A stretch of 60,329 bases of DNA, counting the filler. It is 7 parts of 7 records of this genome, joined end to end, with 100 filler letters (N's around TTAATTAATTAA, not from the genome) between each part and the next. Parts side by side here need not be neighbours in the genome. Positions count along the whole stretch, not along the records: positions 17,497 to 30,485 come from SRR31156797_10307; positions 30,586 to 38,012 come from SRR31156797_10308; positions 38,113 to 43,735 come from SRR31156797_10329; 4 more parts are not named here. One strand, given 5' to 3'. Shown here piece after piece: positions 27,469 to 38,600 of the stretch (position 1 is its first letter; each line of letters opens with the position of its first letter). A program made the position numbers and the translations under genes. The notes under the pieces were generated by a model. It had not been told where the DNA came from. It made no database searches and saw only the letters and a program-made list of their open reading frames with translations.

Positions 27469-30400
27469 AAGGGATGATCGCCTGGTTTGCGAAAAACCAC
27501 GTCGCCGCCAATCTGCTCATGCTGTTTCTCCTGCTGGCAGGTGCCGTCACCGGCCTTACCATGAAGGTGGAGGTTTTCCCCGAATTTTCCCTGGACATGA
27601 TCACCGTGACCACTCAGTATTCCGGTGCTTCTCCCTCGGAGGTGGAAGAGGCCATTATCCGGCGGATCGAGGAGCGGGTGGCGGGTCTGTCCGGCATCAA
27701 ACGGATCGACTCAACGGCCCGTGAAGGGTTGGGAACCGTCACCATCGAGGTCATGAAGGACTGGTCCCTCAAGAAACTGTTGGACGAAGTCAAATCCGAG
27801 GTGGACAGTATCACCACTTTTCCCAATGAGGCGGAACGGCCCATTGTTCGGGAAGTGACCCGCCGGAACCGTGTCATCAGCCTGGCCGTGTACGGAGATG
27901 CTTCCGAGGCCACCATCAAGAACCTGGCGGAGACCATCAAGGACGAAATCATCAACCTTCCCGGCATTACCCAGGCGGATCTTTCCGGGATCAAGACCGG
28001 TGAAACCCATATCGAAATCTCCGAGGAAACCCTCCGACGGTATGGGTTGACCCTCGGGAAGGTTGCGGATGCCGTTCGAAAAGGGAGTCTGGATCTGCCG
28101 GCGGGCCGCATCAAAACAACCGGTGGAGAGATTCTGATCCGCACCAAAGGGCGGCGGTATTATGCCGATGAATATCGGGATTTGCCCATTCTCACCAATC
28201 CCGACGGCACCAAGGTCACCCTGGGGCAGATCGCCGTTTTGAGCGACGGATTTGAAGACGTTGATCTGGCGGCCCGGTTTCAGGGAAAGCCCACGGCCTT
28301 GATTGAAGTCTTTCGCGTGGCGGACCAGAATGCCTTGACCGTAGCGGAAACCATCAAAAAATTTACGGAAAAAATCAAACCGACCCTTCCCCAGGGTATC
28401 CAGATCGACATCTACAATGACCGGTCGGTCATGCTTAAAAGCCGCATTGAGCTTCTGATGAAAAATATGGCCCTGGGCCTGATCCTGGTCAGTTTGCTGC
28501 TGAGCATTTTTCTGGATTTGAAGCTGGCCTTCTGGGTAACCCTGGGTATTCCCATTTCCTTTCTGGCGGGACTCTGGATGCTGCCGCGCTTTGATGTGTC
28601 CATCAATATGATTTCCCTGTTCGGTTTTATCATGGTCCTGGGTATCGTGGTGGACGATGCCATTATTGTGGGGGAAAACGTTTTTCGGAAATATGAAGAG
28701 GGGATGGATCCGGAATCGGGGTCCATTGACGGCGCGGTGGAAGTGGGCAGACCCGTGGTCTTTGCGGTTCTGACCACCGTTGCGGCCTTCTGGCCCCTTT
28801 TGTCGGGAACCGGCAACATGGGTAAGATCATGCGCAATATCCCCATTGTGGTCATACTGGTAATTTTGGGTTCACTGGTGGAATCCCTGGTGATCCTTCC
28901 GGCCCATCTCAGCCGAAGCCGTGAGCGCAATGCCCGGCGTTCTTCAAAGCCCAAAAAAGAGAAGTGGGTGTCAAGGGGCCTCAAACGGTTCATTGGAGGG
29001 CCCTATACCCGCCTGGTGACCTTTTGTGTGCGATGGCGTTACGTCACCGTGGCGGTGGGTATTGCCGTGCTTCTGTTGTCCGTGGGTGTCTGGAAAGGCG
29101 GGTGGATCCGCTTCACTTTTTTCCCGAAAGTGGAAGGGGATACCCTCACCTGTTCGGTGACCATGCCGGCGGGTACCTCCGTTTCCCGAACGGAAAGTGT
29201 TGTCAAACGCCTTGAAGAAACGGCCCGGGAAACCATTCGTGAAGTTGAAAAGGAACGGCCCGGCAGCGGTGAGCCGTTGTTGGAGTACATGATCTCCCTT
29301 GTGGGCATGCATACGGGAGGGCGCGGCCCCCATCGGGGAGCGGGGCAATCGGGGAGCCACCTGGCCCAGGTGTTCGTGCAGCTCCTGGAAGGTGAAAAGC
29401 GGAATGTGAGCGCCATGGAGTTGGTGAAATTGTGGCGCAAAAAAGTAGGTACCATTCCGGACGCCGAATCCATTACCTTTCAAAGCGATCTTTTCAGTGC
29501 AGGAAACCCGGTGGAGGTCCATCTTTCCCTGGATGATCATGAGGGTTTAATGGCGGCGGCCGACGATTTGAAAGAGGAGTTGGCGAAATATCCGGGTGTT
29601 TTTGATGTGAGCGACAGTTTTCTCCCCGGGAAGGGGGAGATGCAGCTCAAACTCAAGCCCGCGGCCCGGAGTCTGGGGTTGACGTTGAATGACCTGGCCC
29701 AGCAGGTGCGGCACGCCTTTTACGGGGCCGAGGCCCTCAGGCTTCAACGGGACCAGGATGAGGTCAAGGTGCTGGTCCGCTACCCGGATGAGGAACGGAG
29801 GTCCCTGGGTCATGTGGAGGAGATGCGTATTCGGACTCCCGAGGGGTTGGAAGTCCCTTTCCGGCAGGTGGCGGAAGTGAAAATGGAACAGGGATATGCT
29901 TCCATCGAGCGTGCCCAGCGCCTTCGCGTCATAAAAGTCACCGCGGATGTGGATGAATCCGTGGCCAATGCCAATGAGGTGCGCATGGACCTGGAAACCC
30001 GCCTTCTGCCGGAAATGAAATTTAAATATGCGGGACTGAGATACACCATCGAGGGTGAAGGCAAAGAACAGAAGGAATCCCTGTCGGACGTGGTGCAGGG
30101 GTTTGCCATAGCCCTTTTCTGTATTTATGCCCTTCTGGCCATCCCCTTTAAATCTTTCAGCCAACCATTCATCGTCATGGCCGCAATCCCCTTCGGCATC
30201 GTGGGGGCCATTGCCGGACATCTCATTATGGGGTTAAACCTGAGTCTATTGAGTCTATTCGGCATGGTGGGCCTGGCCGGCGTGGTGGTCAATGACTCCC
30301 TGGTGTTGATCGATGCGGCCAACAGGATTCGAGGGCGAGGGGCAAATGCCCGGGAATCGGTGATTCGCGCTGGCGGGCTCCGTTTTCGCGCCATTATCCT

Positions 30401-30485
30401 CACGTCCTTAACCACCTTTGCGGGACTGACACCCATGATTCTGGAAAAAAGCATTCAGGCCCAGTTCCTCATCCCCATGGCGGTG
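27465..30485 (+). CDS. RND efflux transporter (AcrB/AcrD/AcrF family), 3'-partial
   Basis: 'GIVVDDAIIVGEN', 'GVVVNDSLVL', 'RFRAIILTSLTT'; runs into linker. Confidence 0.95.
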
Positions 30486-30585
30486 NNNNNNNNNNNNNNN
30501 NNNNNNNNNNNNNNNNNNNNNNNNNNNNNTTAATTAATTAANNNNNNNNNNNNNNNNNNNNNNNNNNNNNNNNNNNNNNNNNNNN
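30486..30585. other. Artificial contig linker
   Basis: N44-TTAATTAATTAA-N44. Confidence 0.98.
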
Positions 30586-30586
30586 G

Positions 30587-31183
30587 AACCTTAAGGTAAA
30601 GCAGGGCGAGTTTGTTGCCATCATGGGTCCGTCCGGCTCAGGAAAAAGCACATTGATGAATATGATCGGGTGCCTTGACAAACCAAATTGTGGTCAGGTA
30701 CTTGTCATGGGCAGGGATGTGAATGCACTTCCTGACCCGGAGATTGCAAAACTCAGGGGATTTGAGATAGGTTTTGTATTCCAGAATTTTAATCTTGTTC
30801 CAAGACTCACAACCCTTCAGAATGTCGAGCTTCCGACCTATGCAAACAAGAAGCCAGGCATGGATGCCCGTGCAAGAGCAAAGGAACTGGTGGAAATGGT
30901 TGGACTCAGTGATCGCATGAACTACAAACCATCTGAAATGTCAGGTGGACAACAGCAGAGAGTTGCAATTGCAAGGGCGCTGATAAATGATCCTTCACTT
31001 ATCCTGGCAGATGAGCCCACAGGCAACCTTGATTCTGTAACAGGAACTGAGATTATGCAGATGTTCTCAGACCTTCACAAAAAAGGAAGGACTATAGTTA
31101 TGATCACGCATGACCCGGAGCTTGCAGAGTATGCAGACCGGGTTGTAAACTTAAAAGACGGAAATATCGTTGATATGAATTAG
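30587..31183 (+). CDS. ABC transporter ATP-binding protein (LolD/MacB type), 5'-partial
   Basis: Walker A 'GPSGSGKS', 'MSGGQQQRV', '[11 protein letters not shown]', 'ITHD'. Confidence 0.95.
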   Translation, partial: NLKVKQGEFVAIMGPSGSGKSTLMNMIGCLDKPNCGQVLVMGRDVNALPDPEIAKLRGFEIGFVFQNFNLVPRLTTLQNVELPTYANKKPGMDARARAKELVEMVGLSDRMNYKPSEMSGGQQQRVAIARALINDPSLILADEPTGNLDSVTGTEIMQMFSDLHKKGRTIVMITHDPELAEYADRVVNLKDGNIVDMN

Positions 31184-31222
31184 TTTGATAGCTTGATAAT
31201 TAGAGGGAAAAGAGGAAAGAAC

Positions 31223-32455
31223 ATGTTGGGAAAAAGCCGGACTCTGTCAATAATGGTTTTTGTGTTGTTATTATCGTTTATTGTAGCTTCAAATGCAGCT
31301 GCTACAGAGGGTGCTGACCTTAAAGTGAGTATCCTTAAGTACGAACCCATTCCCGCAGAGATTGGGGAATATGTGACTGTCTCGGTCAAAGTTGAGAACC
31401 TGGGGTATGCAAAGGCAGAGGACCTTTCAATAAAAATGGTTCCTGACTATCCATTTTCAATAGATAGCAGTGACAACGAAGTAGTTAATGTCGGAATACT
31501 ATCTCCTGACAATGCTGCAGTTGAGGATTTCAGACTCTACACCGATCCGGGTGCAAAGCAGGGTACTTCCACTATTGAAGTCTGGTATCAGGCAGATTCA
31601 GGTGGTACATGGTACAAGAAAGAGTTCGATATCAGGGTCGGTTCTGATACTTTTGACAGCAAGGGAACAATACAGCTTGCAGAAGAACCCGAAAAGACTC
31701 CTGAGTACTTTATGCCAGGGGACACAGGCACAATATCATTTACACTACAGAACAGTGCTACAGAGTACTCGATAACCATTGACGATGAACAATATGATAC
31801 TAATGCCAGAATACAGTCAGCATCCCTGACAGGTGTGGAAGGGATCAAAGTTACAACAGAAACCTACTATGGAAATGGTGTTATAGGTCCAGGGGAATCT
31901 TTGGATCTGACATATAATATAGAGGTGGATGAGGATACTCCTGACGGCACATACTATCTTGATTTTTCCATAGTTGGCAGTTCCCACTCCTACAACAACA
32001 ACTGGAGAATACCTGTAATGGTTGATTCGTCATCTGTACGTGTAATTCCTTCCAAACCTCTCGCACTTGAAAATGGAGAGGGAACACTTGAATTTGATGT
32101 TGCTAACATCCATCCGAATGCACTTTCCTCTGTCAGTGTTAAACTGGAAGCAGAAGGAGTAGAGTTCTCCCCATCCGAGTATTTCATAGGATCTATGGAC
32201 TCTGATGAACTTTTCACAATAGAGGTAACTGCAAAGGCAGAATCAGATGACATATCCTTCCCTCTTGACATGGTAATCTATGCTGATTACAGGAACGGAC
32301 TGAATGAGCACGCAGGGCAGGTCGATGTTCGTCAGCTTCAGCATCATGTGGTAGAAGATGGTGGCGGGGCGGGTACTTATGTTGGATTACTGCTTTTGAT
32401 TGTGATAGTAGCAGGTGGCTATCTCTACTATAAGCGCAGGGCGGGTAAAGAGTAA
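31223..32455 (+). CDS. COG1361-type S-layer-domain surface protein
   Basis: Signal peptide, acidic beta-rich repeats ('YEPIPAEIGEY', 'YFIGSMDSDE'), C-terminal TM anchor + KRR; between ATPase and permeases. Confidence 0.75.
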   Translation: MLGKSRTLSIMVFVLLLSFIVASNAAATEGADLKVSILKYEPIPAEIGEYVTVSVKVENLGYAKAEDLSIKMVPDYPFSIDSSDNEVVNVGILSPDNAAVEDFRLYTDPGAKQGTSTIEVWYQADSGGTWYKKEFDIRVGSDTFDSKGTIQLAEEPEKTPEYFMPGDTGTISFTLQNSATEYSITIDDEQYDTNARIQSASLTGVEGIKVTTETYYGNGVIGPGESLDLTYNIEVDEDTPDGTYYLDFSIVGSSHSYNNNWRIPVMVDSSSVRVIPSKPLALENGEGTLEFDVANIHPNALSSVSVKLEAEGVEFSPSEYFIGSMDSDELFTIEVTAKAESDDISFPLDMVIYADYRNGLNEHAGQVDVRQLQHHVVEDGGGAGTYVGLLLLIVIVAGGYLYYKRRAGKE

Positions 32456-32470
32456 GAAGGGACACTTCTG

Positions 32471-33685
32471 ATGTTAAGTCTGACTCAGGCTATCAGGATC
32501 TCACTGGGTAGTATTGGCAGTTCTAAAATGAGGTCTGCCCTTACAACTCTTGGAATTATCATTGGTGTAGCAGCAGTTATAGCCAATGTATCCCTTGGAG
32601 CCAGTTTCAACCAGTATTTCAATGATGAGATCGGCGCAGTTGGATCTAATTTTATTGTAATTTACAGCCAGAATATAGATGTTTTTTTTGAGAACGACCT
32701 GGAGCTGATTAAAAACACACCGGGGGTGGATGGTGCATCGCCAATAAACCAGCAAATGGCGAAGGTTACTTTCATGTCTACGTCCCGGCAGATAGATATC
32801 CAGGGGGTTACGGAGGACTATGATGAGGTTGCAAACCTTAAGATGGACTCTGGTACCTTCCTTACGGACAAGGATCGTTATGTTGCGATAATTGGTGCTG
32901 ATGTTGCATATGAGAAATTTGATAAGAAAATTTCCATTAAAAATCCAATTGATATCACTTTCAGGCTGGATGACGGTGGTGTAGTTACAAAGACATTCAT
33001 CGTAAAGGGTGTGATCCAGGATCCAAATACGACTTTTGCACAAACAGGTGTGGAACCGGACATACGTGTTTTTATCCCGATTGAAACTATGAATGAGATA
33101 CTTGACAGGGATGATTATGGTGGCTTTTTCATAAAAGCCCAGAGTCTTGAAGTTGTAAGAGAAACTGCTGATGAACTGGATAAGCGCCTTGCCCGTAGTC
33201 TTGGAGTTCCGAGCAGGGACCTGGATAATGATGATGCTAAGCCTTACGTGGTATTTGACCAGATCGAAATACTGGAAGATACAAACCAGCTTTCAGCAGC
33301 CCTTACCACTCTTCTGACATCAGTTGCCCTGATTTCATTAGTAGTAGGTTCCATAGGTATCATGAACATAATGCTTGTAACAGTTGCTGAAAGGACCCGT
33401 GAGATAGGTCTTTTAAAGTCACTTGGTTACAGTGAAAAGGATATTCTTTCCCTTTTCATAATAGAATCGATCCTTGTAGGTCTGATAGGTGGTATACTGG
33501 GAACTTTCCTTGGAATTGGAATTGCTCTGATAGCAAATGATTTCCTGGGTGTTCCTGATGTTTTCCCCACCAGTTTGATATTTATGGGATTCTTTGTGTC
33601 TGTTGTTGTAGGTCTTGCTGCAGGCGTTTATCCTGCCCGGAAAGCTGCACGTATGAATCCGGTTGAAGCTTTGAGGAAGGAGTGA
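32471..33685 (+). CDS. ABC transporter permease (MacB/FtsX family), paralog 1
   Basis: '[16 protein letters not shown]', '[18 protein letters not shown]', '[15 protein letters not shown]'. Confidence 0.95.
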   Translation: MLSLTQAIRISLGSIGSSKMRSALTTLGIIIGVAAVIANVSLGASFNQYFNDEIGAVGSNFIVIYSQNIDVFFENDLELIKNTPGVDGASPINQQMAKVTFMSTSRQIDIQGVTEDYDEVANLKMDSGTFLTDKDRYVAIIGADVAYEKFDKKISIKNPIDITFRLDDGGVVTKTFIVKGVIQDPNTTFAQTGVEPDIRVFIPIETMNEILDRDDYGGFFIKAQSLEVVRETADELDKRLARSLGVPSRDLDNDDAKPYVVFDQIEILEDTNQLSAALTTLLTSVALISLVVGSIGIMNIMLVTVAERTREIGLLKSLGYSEKDILSLFIIESILVGLIGGILGTFLGIGIALIANDFLGVPDVFPTSLIFMGFFVSVVVGLAAGVYPARKAARMNPVEALRKE

Positions 33686-34902
33686 GCATGATAGACTTAA
33701 AACAGGCATTTGTTATCGCTCTTGGAAGTATAGGCAGTGCGAAAATGCGCTCAACCCTCACAGCTCTGGGTATTATCATAGGTGTTGCTGCAGTTGTGGC
33801 AAATGTCTCACTCGGTGCAAGTTTTAATCAGTATTTCACTGATGAACTTGGTTCCCTTGGTTCCAATTTCATAATAATTTACAGTCAGGATATTAACATA
33901 TTTTATGACGCTGAACTGGAGCTCATAAGAAACACACCTGGTATTGACGGTGCTTCTGCCTTCAATCAGCAAACGGCTGCTGTAACCTATCTGTCTTTAA
34001 CCCGGCAGATAGATGTTCAGGGGGTGACTGAGGATGCCCGGTATATCTCAAATCTGGAGGTTGCAGAAGGCACTTTTTTCACTGACAAGGACAGATATGT
34101 AGCTGTTATCGGAAACGAAGTATCAAAAGAAAAGTTTGATAAGGATATTTCCGTCAAGAACTATGTTGATATAACGGTCAAACGTGATGATGGTACCAGC
34201 GTTACCCGGAAGTTTCGGGTCAAAGGCATACTTACAAGTGAAGACAATACTTTTGTGACCGGTGGTCCTGATCGTGATGTTACTATTTATGTTCCGATAA
34301 ATACTCTTAATGAAATGCTCAATGTCACAGATTATGTTGGCTTTTCTGCAAATACAGGCAGTGCCGAATCTGTCAGAGAGGTTTCCGATGAGGTTGATAA
34401 GCGTCTTGCACGTTCACTCGGGGTGCCTACAAGGGACCTGGATAACGATGATGCAAAACCCTATCGTATATTTAACCAGGCAGAAATAATCGAGCAACTG
34501 GATGCACTTGCAAATTCGTTGACAGTACTAATTACTCTGGTAGCTGTTGTTGCATTAATAGTGGGTTCCATTGGAATTATGAATATTATGCTGGTCACTG
34601 TTACCGAAAGAACCCGTGAAATAGGTCTTTTGAAATCCCTTGGATTTACAAGATCAGATATACTTGTGCTTTTTATTTTTGAATCAATTATTGTAGGTGT
34701 GATAGGGGGAATACTCGGAACACTATTGGGTCTGGTAGGTTCATATGTTGTTGAAGTATCCCTGAATATACCTCCTGTTTTTCCCGGATATCTGATATTC
34801 CTTGGTTTTTTCATATCAGTATTTGTTGGTCTGATAGCAGGTGTCTATCCCGCTAATAAAGCTGCGAACCTTGATCCTGTAGAAGCATTAAGGCATGAAT
34901 GA
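33682..34902 (+). CDS. ABC transporter permease (MacB/FtsX family), paralog 2
   Basis: Same motifs; shares '[22 protein letters not shown]' with paralog 1. Confidence 0.95.
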   Translation: MSMIDLKQAFVIALGSIGSAKMRSTLTALGIIIGVAAVVANVSLGASFNQYFTDELGSLGSNFIIIYSQDINIFYDAELELIRNTPGIDGASAFNQQTAAVTYLSLTRQIDVQGVTEDARYISNLEVAEGTFFTDKDRYVAVIGNEVSKEKFDKDISVKNYVDITVKRDDGTSVTRKFRVKGILTSEDNTFVTGGPDRDVTIYVPINTLNEMLNVTDYVGFSANTGSAESVREVSDEVDKRLARSLGVPTRDLDNDDAKPYRIFNQAEIIEQLDALANSLTVLITLVAVVALIVGSIGIMNIMLVTVTERTREIGLLKSLGFTRSDILVLFIFESIIVGVIGGILGTLLGLVGSYVVEVSLNIPPVFPGYLIFLGFFISVFVGLIAGVYPANKAANLDPVEALRHE

Positions 34903-35064
34903 GTTTTTTGTTCCTGCTTGATATGTTTTTTTAATCAATTGACAATATAATATAACAAACATATCGGCAAACCTGTCGATTAATGGAAATGTTTAAGTAT
35001 GTATGGTGCATTCTTAGACTCGGCGATAAATCGTCAAGTTGGAATATACAAGGTGCGTACAAAA

Positions 35065-35575
35065 ATGGCAGCTTACAATTGGGGTGCCTCCCACAATGGC
35101 AACGTAACTAATATCACAGGACTAAAAACGAGCTATACTTCTGGTGATTTGGAAGTGGCCATTTTCCAGGGGATTGACCTGTGTATAAAAAACGGTAAAT
35201 TCGTTGCCATTATGGGTCCAAATGGATCCGAAAAAAGCACACTCATACATATGATAGGATGCCTGGAGCAACCGAGGGCAAGGTCACTCTAAAGGAGAGA
35301 GATGCTAGCGTCATAGCGGATGATGAGCTTGAAGAGCTCATAAATATTGAAATTGGGTTTGTGTTCCAGAACTTTGACCTCATCCAGGCAACTATGAATA
35401 TGTAATGCTGCCTGTATATTCCAGCACAAAGAAGGGAGTGGTTTCCTCCATCAGGGCACGAGGCCTGCTAAACATTGTAGGTCTCGGTGACCACATTGCT
35501 GAAAAAGTATCTGAGATGGAACAGCATGTGGGCAGAGTTATTTGCATAAGGGACTGTTCCCTGAATTATAATTGA
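35065..35575 (+). pseudogene. Decayed LolD/MacB-type ABC ATPase
   Basis: Mutated Walker A 'GPNGSEKS'; frameshifts near 35275 and 35395; 'IGFVFQNF' retained; signature, Walker B and H-loop deleted. Confidence 0.85.
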
Positions 35576-35804
35576 TTATCAGATGGTCTTGTTGAGGGAC
35601 ATCGGTGAATGAGGAAACAAGACAAAAGTCAAAAATGCGGGGTGTGGTCAGACAGACATTTAATCCATAAATATGGATCAAAAATGTTCTGTTTCATGCA
35701 ATTACCAGAGTAACACCAGTAGAATTCATGGGCATCTTTCTCCTGATAATGTGCTGTAAATGAATTCCACATATATGTAATAAATGCAAAAAAGGGATGG
35801 CTGA

Positions 35805-36446
35805 GTGGTTAAAATTGAGAATATTGTATGGGGCTTTGTAAAAGTCGCTTTTGAAAAGCAGACGTATAGGAACATACTTTATCTGTTGTTCTCATTCCCT
35901 CTTGGCGCAGCTTATTTTATTTTTCTGTTGACAGTTTTTTCACTGGGATTTGATTTCCTGCTGGTATGGGTAGGCATTCCACTGTTTGTACTTGTTCTTA
36001 TGGCATGGGATGATTTGATCTCCTTTGAGAAACAGATGGCAATATGGTTACTAAATACTGATATTACTGAGTTTTCTCTTAACTCTGCTACTGATTCAGA
36101 TATTTTTGAAAGGTTCATTCAGGTGCTTAAGAATCCTGCTATGTGGAAATCTCTGGCATTCCTTTTGTTAAAGTTCCCACTTGGATTTTTTTCTCTTACA
36201 ATAGTTGTATTTCTTGTAACCCTGACATTTGGAATGCTAATAAGTCCGTTTCTTTATATCCTTGGTAGTGGTCTTGCAGATTCTTTCCTGGGTTCGTTAA
36301 TGATATCAATTTCCGGGATGTTCATGGTAATCGCATCAATGCATTTTCTGAATCTGCTGGCATATATTGAGGGACTCATTGCAGAAAAAATGCTAAGCTC
36401 AGGGGAAAGTGGACTTATGGAAAAACATTTTATTGCAGATGTCTAG
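35805..36446 (+). CDS. Stand-alone putative 'Sensor' membrane domain protein
   Basis: 'YRNILYLLFSFPLG', 'VWVGIP', 'WKSLAFLLLKFPLG'; about 4 TM; no kinase domain. Confidence 0.65.
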   Translation: MVKIENIVWGFVKVAFEKQTYRNILYLLFSFPLGAAYFIFLLTVFSLGFDFLLVWVGIPLFVLVLMAWDDLISFEKQMAIWLLNTDITEFSLNSATDSDIFERFIQVLKNPAMWKSLAFLLLKFPLGFFSLTIVVFLVTLTFGMLISPFLYILGSGLADSFLGSLMISISGMFMVIASMHFLNLLAYIEGLIAEKMLSSGESGLMEKHFIADV

Positions 36447-36450
36447 ATTT

Positions 36451-36735
36451 TCACTGCCCATCTATATTATTGATCTTTATATAAAACTCGACTATGAGTC
36501 TTGTCTTCTCATTTTCAAGATTCAACCTGAAAGTTCTTATTTGTTTGCCAAGAGGTTTTTCGATAACTATATCACTCTTAATAAGTGGAGTAATTACCCT
36601 TGCAACACTGGAATGTGATAATCCTGTCTCGTCTGCTATGCCTGAAAGATAGGTCGACTCATCCTTGTGCTCAATAAGGTTTTTCAGAACAGTCATCTGG
36701 GCGGTTTTTCCAAAAATCTCTTCCAGCGCATCCAT
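36451..36735 (-). CDS. Archaeal winged-helix DNA-binding protein
   Basis: 'LEEIFGKTAQMTVL', HTH 'YLSGIADETGLSHSSVARVITPL', wing 'GKQIRTFRLN'. Confidence 0.85.
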   Translation of the reverse strand: MDALEEIFGKTAQMTVLKNLIEHKDESTYLSGIADETGLSHSSVARVITPLIKSDIVIEKPLGKQIRTFRLNLENEKTRLIVEFYIKINNIDGQ

Positions 36736-36746
36736 TTGTATCTATG

Positions 36747-36761
36747 TAACATATTATGTTA
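36747..36761. promoter_or_regulatory. Perfect palindrome just upstream of the wHTH gene (candidate operator)
   Basis: TAACATA-T-TATGTTA, between a TATA-like CTTATAAG and the start codon at 36735. Confidence 0.5.
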
Positions 36762-36885
36762 TGTCTTATAAGATTTTCTTTTATAGGGAGGCTGTTAAAC
36801 AAAAACAGGGACCTTCTCATTTTTGGAAAGGTTTTAATAATATCGTTCGTCTATACTTCATAAGCTTGTTTCAGGTAGAATTATC

Positions 36886-37398
36886 ATGCAAAAGGAAAAT
36901 ATTCGCGTGAAGGTTCTTTCTCTAATGGAGGAAAACCCCGGTATAACTATAAAGGAGATCTCCGAGCAATTATCGATTTCTGAATCCATCGTCAAAGAAA
37001 CTCTGGGGGCTATGTCAGACACGAGACAGAAGATTCTCATTGTTGATGATGAAATGGATGCTTTATTATCCCTGAAGATTGCGCTGGAGGCGGAAGGGTA
37101 CAATATCTCAGAAGCAAAGGATGGCTACGAGGCTATCGAAAAGGCCTATTCGGAGAATCCTGATGTAATACTGCTTGATCTTATGATTCCTGGAATGGAT
37201 GGTTTTGAAGTATGCAGGCATCTGAAACTGGATCCAATGTATAGTCATATTCCTATCATTATGCTGACTGCACGTGGTGAGGTTGATGACAAAGTGGAAG
37301 GTCTTGAATTGGGTGCAGATGATTACGTTACCAAGCCTTTTAATCTGAAAGAACTAAAGGCACGTGTAAAAAGGGTCATGAAAAGGACTCAGGATTAA
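36886..37398 (+). CDS. Response regulator with N-terminal HTH (wHTH-REC)
   Basis: HTH 'ITIKEISEQLSISESIV' then REC 'LIVDDE', 'LLDLMIPGMDG', 'YVTKPF'. Confidence 0.9.
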   Translation: MQKENIRVKVLSLMEENPGITIKEISEQLSISESIVKETLGAMSDTRQKILIVDDEMDALLSLKIALEAEGYNISEAKDGYEAIEKAYSENPDVILLDLMIPGMDGFEVCRHLKLDPMYSHIPIIMLTARGEVDDKVEGLELGADDYVTKPFNLKELKARVKRVMKRTQD

Positions 37399-37416
37399 GA
37401 TTTTTTCTTTTTTACT

Positions 37417-38012
37417 ATGTGGAACCGGAAAAGCAACTGGAATCTTATCCTTCTTGCTGTAGTTGTCCTGCTTTTAATAGGCTCTATATTTTTTCTGTGG
37501 CTTAAGACAAATATAGATGTAAGGGCTGTTGTAGAAGAGCAGTACCAGAAGCAGCAACTCCTTTTAACGCGCCAGATTACTACTAGTATGGAGCGTTCCC
37601 TTAATGAAAAAGTGCTGTTGCTTCAGATCATTGCAAAGGCAGATGCAGGTATTCCTCCTGACAAGTTCCAGTCGGACCTTCAAAGTGCCTACGAGATTGG
37701 GGACATGTTTTATGTTTTGGAATATGTAGCAGAGAATGGTACAATTGTTTCGGGATATCCGGAAGAGAATGTTCCCGTAGGTCTTAATCTGTACGAAACC
37801 AATCAGTACAAGGCTTTTGAATGGGTGAAGGATACAGGTGAAGTATATATTACAGACCCGCTAAGGCTTACCGAGGGAAATTACGGATCTTTTATATGGG
37901 TTCCTGTTTATGAGGAAGATGAGTTTAAAGGTATCTTTATTGCTATAATTCAGGAGTCAGAACTCAGGAACAGGTACGTCGTTTCTCAGAACTCATCTAG
38001 TTATGCATATAT
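37417..38012 (+). CDS. Probable sensor histidine kinase N-terminus (TM + Cache-like domain), 3'-partial
   Basis: N-terminal TM, 'YITDP', 'IWVPVY...FKGIFIAII'; follows a response regulator; the kinase core is not in the window. Confidence 0.65.
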
Positions 38013-38112
38013 NNNNNNNNNNNNNNNNNNNNNNNNNNNNNNNNNNNNNNNNNNNNTTAATTAATTAANNNNNNNNNNNNNNNNNNNNNNNNNNNNNNNN
38101 NNNNNNNNNNNN
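38013..38112. other. Artificial contig linker
   Basis: N44-TTAATTAATTAA-N44. Confidence 0.98.
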
Positions 38113-38361
38113 TTTGACTACAACTTTTTTAATGGAGAGCTTGAAGAAATGGGGCTTTATTCACAGATAAAAGCTTCTGAAAACGCTCTGACCCCTCTTC
38201 CAAAATTCACCTATGTCGGAGAATATAAATATGAAAGTAAAGAAGAGCTTAAGAACCTTCTTTATACTGAAGTGAAAAAACTGTTTCAGGCTCACGGAAT
38301 GAACGCCACTCTTTTTATTGGAGTTGCTGAAAAAATAACCTTAGGCATTGAGAGTTTTTAA
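38113..38361 (+). CDS. Hypothetical protein, 5'-partial
   Basis: Frame open from the contig edge (FDYNFFNGELEEMG...); stop 2 nt before the next gene. Confidence 0.6.
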   Translation, partial: FDYNFFNGELEEMGLYSQIKASENALTPLPKFTYVGEYKYESKEELKNLLYTEVKKLFQAHGMNATLFIGVAEKITLGIESF

Positions 38362-38363
38362 TA

Positions 38364-38600
38364 TTGAAAAAAGGTGTTCTAAGCATAAAAGGAACTTTTT
38401 GCGGAGCTTGTTCATACGCAATTGAAAAAGCTGGTCGCAAACTAAAAGATGTTGAAGATATCACCGTAAATGTCGGTCTTAAAACAATAACCGTTCATTA
38501 TATCAAAGACGACTCGACACTTGATAAAATAGTTGATATTGTTGACAAACTTGGTCATAGTTCACAGATTGAAAGATCACGCGGAGAAATAGGTGGCTGA
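38364..38600 (+). CDS. Heavy-metal-associated (HMA/CopZ-like) domain protein
   Basis: 'IKGTFCGACSYAIEK', 'IVDKLGH'; TTG start; overlaps the next gene. Confidence 0.8.
   Translation: MKKGVLSIKGTFCGACSYAIEKAGRKLKDVEDITVNVGLKTITVHYIKDDSTLDKIVDIVDKLGHSSQIERSRGEIGG

Noticed and set aside
34966-34990. GGCAAACCTGTCGA resembling the start of a c-di-GMP-I riboswitch
   Set aside because: No GAAA tetraloop stem or second hairpin follows, and the contig looks archaeal
35280-35575. Pyrrolysine read-through explaining the broken ATPase
   Set aside because: The breaks are frameshifts, TAA stops and a deletion, not in-frame TAG codons
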